Positions 59,392-64,000 of a stretch of DNA of 64,000 nt are shown piece by piece. The stretch is taken from assembly GCA_000002435.2 (NCBI GenBank), contig CM018793.1; one strand, written 5' to 3'. This stretch comes from Giardia intestinalis. Lineage: Eukaryota. Under the pieces are notes generated by a model, which was not told the origin of the DNA, searched no databases, and was given only the letters and a program-made list of their open reading frames with translations. The first letter of the stretch is position 1. Every line of letters begins with the position of its first letter. Made by a program: the position numbers and the translations under genes.

Positions 59392-61452
59392 TTAGCCAGA
59401 ACTGCTCGAGGATGTGTCTGCCTGTAGAAAAATGAGAGAGGCATCCATAGAAGATTCGGCCTCAAAAATTGCTAGATCCTGAAGCTCATCACTTGGCGCT
59501 ACAGCTGATAGTCTCAAAGAGTGTCTCACCCGGTCTTCAGGACTAAATACAGACATAGGGCTTATGGCAGTTTCTGCGCATACTTTATCAGACGTAAGCG
59601 TGCTCGTCTGACTATCTTTGATAAGCCCCTTTTCAACCAGCAGAGCCAAGCATGCAGCTCCTGCTTGTACATCCTTTCCATCTTTAGCCTGTCGTACCCA
59701 GCATTTAGTATGATAGACAACTCCACGCTTTTTATTATCAACGATGTCATGCTCCACGTCAATGAGTACGCTCATACAGGTAGCCTTTCCATTGCGGGCA
59801 GCGTGTATGAGAGCTGTGTATCCCCGTTTATCGCGCATACGATGCTCTAAGTGTGTGTTAGATGGCTCAGTGGTAGAAAGGTCGATCATTCCTTTGACAA
59901 ACTCTACGGCCCCAGCTGCCGCCGCGAGCATAAGCGCTGTTCGTCCATTCCTTCGCGTCATCCGGCCTTCTACGGGTAATAAGTACTTTAACGACTCCGG
60001 CATATTACGTCTGGCAGCCACCATCAGGGCTGTGCTTCCACTCTTAGTTTTAATCTTCTTCTCCAATGGGACCAGCATTTCAACGGATGTCCACTTACGG
60101 CGAATGATAGCCAGCATAAGAGAAGTTAAGCCTATAGTCGTGCGAAGGCCTCTTTCATGGGGAGCTAAAAGCTCGATCACTTGGACGTGTCCCTTTTCAG
60201 CAGCCATCATCAATGCCGTCTTCCCCCGCTCAGTTTGCATCTTTGCTTCAGTTGGTATAAGCTGGGACACAACGCTAACGTGGTTGTTAGATGCGGCATA
60301 CATCAGGGCTGTCTTACCACGGGCAGGACTATCGCGACTGATAATCTGAAGTCTAACTTCACTAAGAAGAAAAGGTATAAGCGCTGCATGTCCATGCTGA
60401 GCCGCGTACATAAGCGCAGTTTTACCCAGAAAAGTCGCCAAACCACATTGATCTAAATGCGCTATGGCCCGATCATAGTCACCAGATGATGCTGCGCTCA
60501 TTAAATCAGTTAAATCCGAAAAGGGTATCTGTGCATCTGTAGTGCAAAGATTACGGTTATCAAGTGCGATCTTCGTGTCCTTAATTTTAGAGAATAGTGA
60601 TGACTTTAGAAGATCACCTGCTGCTGGACGTGAATCTGGAAGCAAGGAAAGCAAACTAAACAAAGTTTCACGAAGTTGTGGAGAATAGTGGGAAAGCAAT
60701 GGATTATCTTGCAGCGTGTTAACAAGTGTATCAAGAGAGATGCCCTCGGGTGCTTGCAAAGTACACATAGTATAAATGAGCATCCCGAGAGACCACATGT
60801 CGCTCTTGGTACTCCAAGTACCTTTCTCGAGGGCTTCTGGTGCAATAAATACGTCCATATTTGACGCAAAGCTGTACTTGCTAGAGCTGTAGGGTGTGCT
60901 GTTTGGAAACAAGTAAGCCATATCGCACAAGGCAACAGAACCATCCCAACGTAGCATCACATTATTCAGATGAAGACGCCCATGAATGAGCTCGTTCACG
61001 CGGGGAAGAGTACTAGCTGGCGCAGCTGTCTTAGGGGAGATGCCAGTAGTAGATCGGTGCTTGAATTCGTGAAGATAGTGTAAGCCTTCAAGGATTTGCT
61101 TTGCGATCTTTAACACCGTATACTCAGACATATCAAGGCAGGAGTCTCGATAGCTCTGTATAAGATGGCCTAGAGGCTCCTTACATAACTCTCGTATCAA
61201 GTAAATAGTACCTGAGCCCGGGCACTGGAACGCTCTGTAATAACAGGCTAGGGTCTGAGTCTGCAACAACGTATACATGTGACCATCGGTTATGCATGGA
61301 AAGATCATGCGGGAGGGGGTGCACCGAGGCGTCAAAACCCGAAGTGCCCTATGCTTCTTTACAGAGACATCCATAACTTGATACGTTGCCGACCCGTGGG
61401 ATTTCTGCATGGTGGTACAGATCTCCAGGCCTAGGGCACGAGGAAGATCCAT
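59392..61452 (-). CDS. NEK-like pseudokinase with C-terminal ankyrin repeats
   Basis: Kinase fold present (APEALEKGTWSTKSDMWSLGMLIYTMCTL), but the catalytic HRD is replaced (GRLHLNNVML) and DFG is altered (LCDMAY). Ankyrin repeats follow (GKTALMYAAQHGHAALIPFLL…). ORF-track start 61455 is TTG; the ATG is at 61450-61452. Confidence 0.75.
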   Translation of the reverse strand: MDLPRALGLEICTTMQKSHGSATYQVMDVSVKKHRALRVLTPRCTPSRMIFPCITDGHMYTLLQTQTLACYYRAFQCPGSGTIYLIRELCKEPLGHLIQSYRDSCLDMSEYTVLKIAKQILEGLHYLHEFKHRSTTGISPKTAAPASTLPRVNELIHGRLHLNNVMLRWDGSVALCDMAYLFPNSTPYSSSKYSFASNMDVFIAPEALEKGTWSTKSDMWSLGMLIYTMCTLQAPEGISLDTLVNTLQDNPLLSHYSPQLRETLFSLLSLLPDSRPAAGDLLKSSLFSKIKDTKIALDNRNLCTTDAQIPFSDLTDLMSAASSGDYDRAIAHLDQCGLATFLGKTALMYAAQHGHAALIPFLLSEVRLQIISRDSPARGKTALMYAASNNHVSVVSQLIPTEAKMQTERGKTALMMAAEKGHVQVIELLAPHERGLRTTIGLTSLMLAIIRRKWTSVEMLVPLEKKIKTKSGSTALMVAARRNMPESLKYLLPVEGRMTRRNGRTALMLAAAAGAVEFVKGMIDLSTTEPSNTHLEHRMRDKRGYTALIHAARNGKATCMSVLIDVEHDIVDNKKRGVVYHTKCWVRQAKDGKDVQAGAACLALLVEKGLIKDSQTSTLTSDKVCAETAISPMSVFSPEDRVRHSLRLSAVAPSDELQDLAIFEAESSMDASLIFLQADTSSSSSG

Positions 61453-61561
61453 CAATAAAGTGTACCTTGGACATTTGGACAGTCAATTTAAAATGGCATG
61501 AAAACTGAGCATATTTTGTTTTAGCCAAATTTGGAATCCCTACTCCTTCTGCACTTAGAGG

Positions 61562-64000
61562 ATGCGGCTCACACTGGCCATTCACAAAGCGTTTGCAACT
61601 CAGAAAGCGAAACGAGAGGAGATCGATTTTGTGATTAGACCGAATTCAGAGGAGAAGACAATCTCTGTTTCGTTACTGGTGAAGCAGGAGGTAGCCGCAG
61701 TTTGTGAGGTCGCTGCAGCCTATCGCAACTTTGGATCATCAGCCCTTGTTTCTGATTTGGCAAACATCCTTCGTGCAGTGTCTGCTGGTAACGAGTTTTC
61801 TATAGTTGCGATCTCTACCAATAGCGATCGCTTTGGACCCCTATTTCCATATACAACAAACACAATAGAGCCATCTATGCTAGGACAGATCATAAGTACA
61901 GTACGTGACGAGCTTAAACAGACGAAGAAAGCACCGGTGCGGTATTTGATAACCCTTTCTTGCTTATGTATCGCGCAACGTGGCCGTGTAGTCGATATGC
62001 TTTTCCCAGATAACACCGAGCTTAGCCTAAGCAGAGATGAAGCCGGTAATGTGTATTATGAAAATCTAGCAGAGGTGGCATGTTCTTCAAATGATGAGCT
62101 TGCTGCCATTCTGTTGGCAATTCAAGGCGAGTATACACGAGTGGCCGAAGCTTCTAGGCAAAGTGAAGTAAGCCCAGTAAGCCCACCCCGTGATCAAAGC
62201 ACAAAAGAAACGAAAGTACCAGCTCTTCGCCTCAATATTGCGGTGCGTCAGTATAAGATGACAAGAAAGGACGACAGCGAGTCTGACAGAGAAACTGAAA
62301 CATTGACACTTGACGCGACTTCATCATCTGGTGGTTTACAGCTATCGCCTCCTGGTGAAAAGATCAAGCCTCATGAAAAGCCTGCAAAGGGGCACTTCTG
62401 GAAGGAGATTTCTACTGGGAATATGAGCTTTTACTACATTACTCTACAAGACGTTCTCGGAATACTCAGTAAAACATCTCGTCTCAGCACATATGTACTT
62501 CCAGAGATGAACAGACCAAACTCTAGTGCATTCTTCGAAATAAGTCCCGAAGCAGATTCTAAGCTATGCCTAATGGCCTTTGACCTCATGAATGACCTTC
62601 TTCATAGGTGCTCGCATGCCTGGAGAGCTGCAGGCGTTAATATCTTTCGTCTCAACGAGGCGCAGTCTCATCGCTCAGGGTCTACCGATCTTGTCTCTAG
62701 TCGCCCTCGCTCCCGCTCCTCCAGGAGCTACTTCACAATGGAAGATCTTGACACTTGTGATGATATCACTCCGCAGATTAATGTTCGGCGCATCGAAAGG
62801 CAGACTGAAGCGGAAAAGAGGTGCAGCGAGTTTAAAACCCAAATATCCAAGCAAGCACAAGGATACCAAGACCAACCTGTAACTAGGGCTCCAGCAACAT
62901 CCTTGCAAAAGGGCTCTATCTCCAGGCACAGTGATTCGGAAGAGTCTGCTGATGCTTTTCAGCTAACCTCCGCCCAGAAGCCTACCATTCTCAGCAAGAA
63001 GCAGCGACGAGCGTCTAGTCGCACCGGAAAAGCGACAGTGCAATCGCGTGGATCTATGACAGGCACACGCCTTTCATCCATAACCGCTGCTTCTACCCCC
63101 ACGCAAGGCAGTACTGTACATCGATTGAACGCTGAGGTTCCCGATACAGCAACGAATCTGTCAAAATTTACACACATGCTTCATCTTACCAGCAAACTAG
63201 CGGAGGAGGAAGACAAAACGCAGTCTAAAAAGGGTTCTGGCTCTGCTGGCAAGCGTACAGGCCAGATACCGGAGCAGCAGAAGCGCTCTGAGTCTCGCCG
63301 GACACTGTCCCCGACGATTGTCCGTCCACGAGAGCAGTCTGCTGCTGATGCACGCATTGAGCGGGCACATATGACTGCCAAGCAAAGTCAGAGCCCCCAC
63401 GTGGGGGGTATTAAGACTGTGAGTAGCATGCTTGAGAAAACAGAGCTCCTCAATCTTAGCAGGGGAAGCTCAGTCGGCAGTAGATCCGAGAGTAAGGGAA
63501 AAATTCGGCCTATGAGCCATGAGCATGCGTCTCCACACTCTTCTAAGGGAGCGCAGATGGCGTCTCCAACTCGCAGAGCCAGTAGAGCCAGTGACCGGCG
63601 CGCGAGCACACAAAGCCCAACCCGTAATAGATCAGAACTGGACATTCTTTCACAGTATAGATCCATGCGCATCCCTGCAGATGAAAATGGCCAGTTTGAC
63701 ATGTTCTCTAAGATGCAACTTGAAATAAAGCGATTAGCACGTGAGTTGGAAGAAACTCGTATTGCTAAGGTCGTTACAGAGTCGGGAAGAAATAATCTAG
63801 TGGCGGAGAATACTAGACTGAGAGAAGAGATTGCTAGTTTAGTGGAGAATCAAAAGTACAAGACTCACACAATTAAGCGGTTGGAGAAGCAGCTCATGGA
63901 AGCCAGGGCAAAGCCTGCAAAAATGCATAACTTAGTGACCCAAGGTGTGACTCAAACCCCGGTAAGTTCCTTGGGAGGCAAAAAGCAACACTCATACGAC
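61562..64000 (+). CDS. Hypothetical Ser-rich protein with C-terminal coiled coil, 3'-partial (runs off the window end; more than 812 codons)
   Basis: Manual translation from ATG 61562 is open through 64000 (MRLTLAIHKAFATQKAKREEIDFVIRPNSEEK… …LEIKRLARELEETRIAKV…). Absent from the ORF track because no stop lies within the window. AT-rich divergent spacer 61453-61561. Confidence 0.5.
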   Translation, partial: MRLTLAIHKAFATQKAKREEIDFVIRPNSEEKTISVSLLVKQEVAAVCEVAAAYRNFGSSALVSDLANILRAVSAGNEFSIVAISTNSDRFGPLFPYTTNTIEPSMLGQIISTVRDELKQTKKAPVRYLITLSCLCIAQRGRVVDMLFPDNTELSLSRDEAGNVYYENLAEVACSSNDELAAILLAIQGEYTRVAEASRQSEVSPVSPPRDQSTKETKVPALRLNIAVRQYKMTRKDDSESDRETETLTLDATSSSGGLQLSPPGEKIKPHEKPAKGHFWKEISTGNMSFYYITLQDVLGILSKTSRLSTYVLPEMNRPNSSAFFEISPEADSKLCLMAFDLMNDLLHRCSHAWRAAGVNIFRLNEAQSHRSGSTDLVSSRPRSRSSRSYFTMEDLDTCDDITPQINVRRIERQTEAEKRCSEFKTQISKQAQGYQDQPVTRAPATSLQKGSISRHSDSEESADAFQLTSAQKPTILSKKQRRASSRTGKATVQSRGSMTGTRLSSITAASTPTQGSTVHRLNAEVPDTATNLSKFTHMLHLTSKLAEEEDKTQSKKGSGSAGKRTGQIPEQQKRSESRRTLSPTIVRPREQSAADARIERAHMTAKQSQSPHVGGIKTVSSMLEKTELLNLSRGSSVGSRSESKGKIRPMSHEHASPHSSKGAQMASPTRRASRASDRRASTQSPTRNRSELDILSQYRSMRIPADENGQFDMFSKMQLEIKRLARELEETRIAKVVTESGRNNLVAENTRLREEIASLVENQKYKTHTIKRLEKQLMEARAKPAKMHNLVTQGVTQTPVSSLGGKKQHSYD

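Noticed and set aside
1380-61455. ORF-track start coordinates at 1380, 6462, 12878..16378, 16920, 21996, 23326, 28061, 36388, 40389, 52377, 55372 and 61455
   Set aside because: Inspection shows these begin with GTG or TTG. The ORF finder evidently used a bacterial start-codon table. For a eukaryote I moved each start to the first in-frame ATG.
1-64000. Prokaryotic defence island, operon or CRISPR interpretation
   Set aside because: No direct-repeat/spacer arrays, no RM/TA/Cas-like motifs. Gene content (NEK, ankyrin, VSP, BBS5, MCM, RPB5) and regulatory signals are eukaryotic and Giardia-like.

Overview
This 64 kb window is a gene-dense, intron-poor chromosomal segment of a eukaryote, almost certainly the diplomonad Giardia intestinalis (lamblia) or a very close relative. 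The strongest evidence is a variant-specific surface protein (VSP) whose C-terminus is the Giardia-specific motif ...GFLCWWFLCRGKA-stop, next to a high-cysteine membrane protein (HCMP). Supporting evidence: several ankyrin-repeat proteins of the 'Protein 21.1' type, four NEK-type kinases or pseudokinases (two with ankyrin tails), and short AT-rich initiators such as AATTAAAAAATG immediately 5' of start codons. AGTRAAY polyadenylation signals lie within about 20 nt of stop codons, GC content is about 49%, and intergenic spacers are 6–300 bp with several overlapping gene ends. I find about 35 protein-coding genes and no convincing rRNA, tRNA, CRISPR array, transposon or prokaryotic-style defence or operon system. 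Confidently recognised products are enolase, an MCM helicase, GlcN6P N-acetyltransferase (GNA1, part of the encystation-linked UDP-GalNAc pathway), a PP2C phosphatase and RNA polymerase subunit RPB5. Others are DNA primase large subunit, BBS5, CYB5D1 and a CFAP91-like protein (the last three are cilium-related). One gene encodes a bacterial-architecture CBS–DRTGG–DHH family II inorganic pyrophosphatase, a candidate lateral gene transfer. The supplied ORF track uses alternative start codons (TTG/GTG), so I re-anchored several genes to the first in-frame ATG. Other points of interest are a 1.6 kb ORF-free GC-rich stretch upstream of the VSP, a possible frameshift-split gene with a beta-propeller then alpha-solenoid layout, and a TAATG stop/start overlap. 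Functional calls rest on motifs I recognise by eye and are not database-verified.
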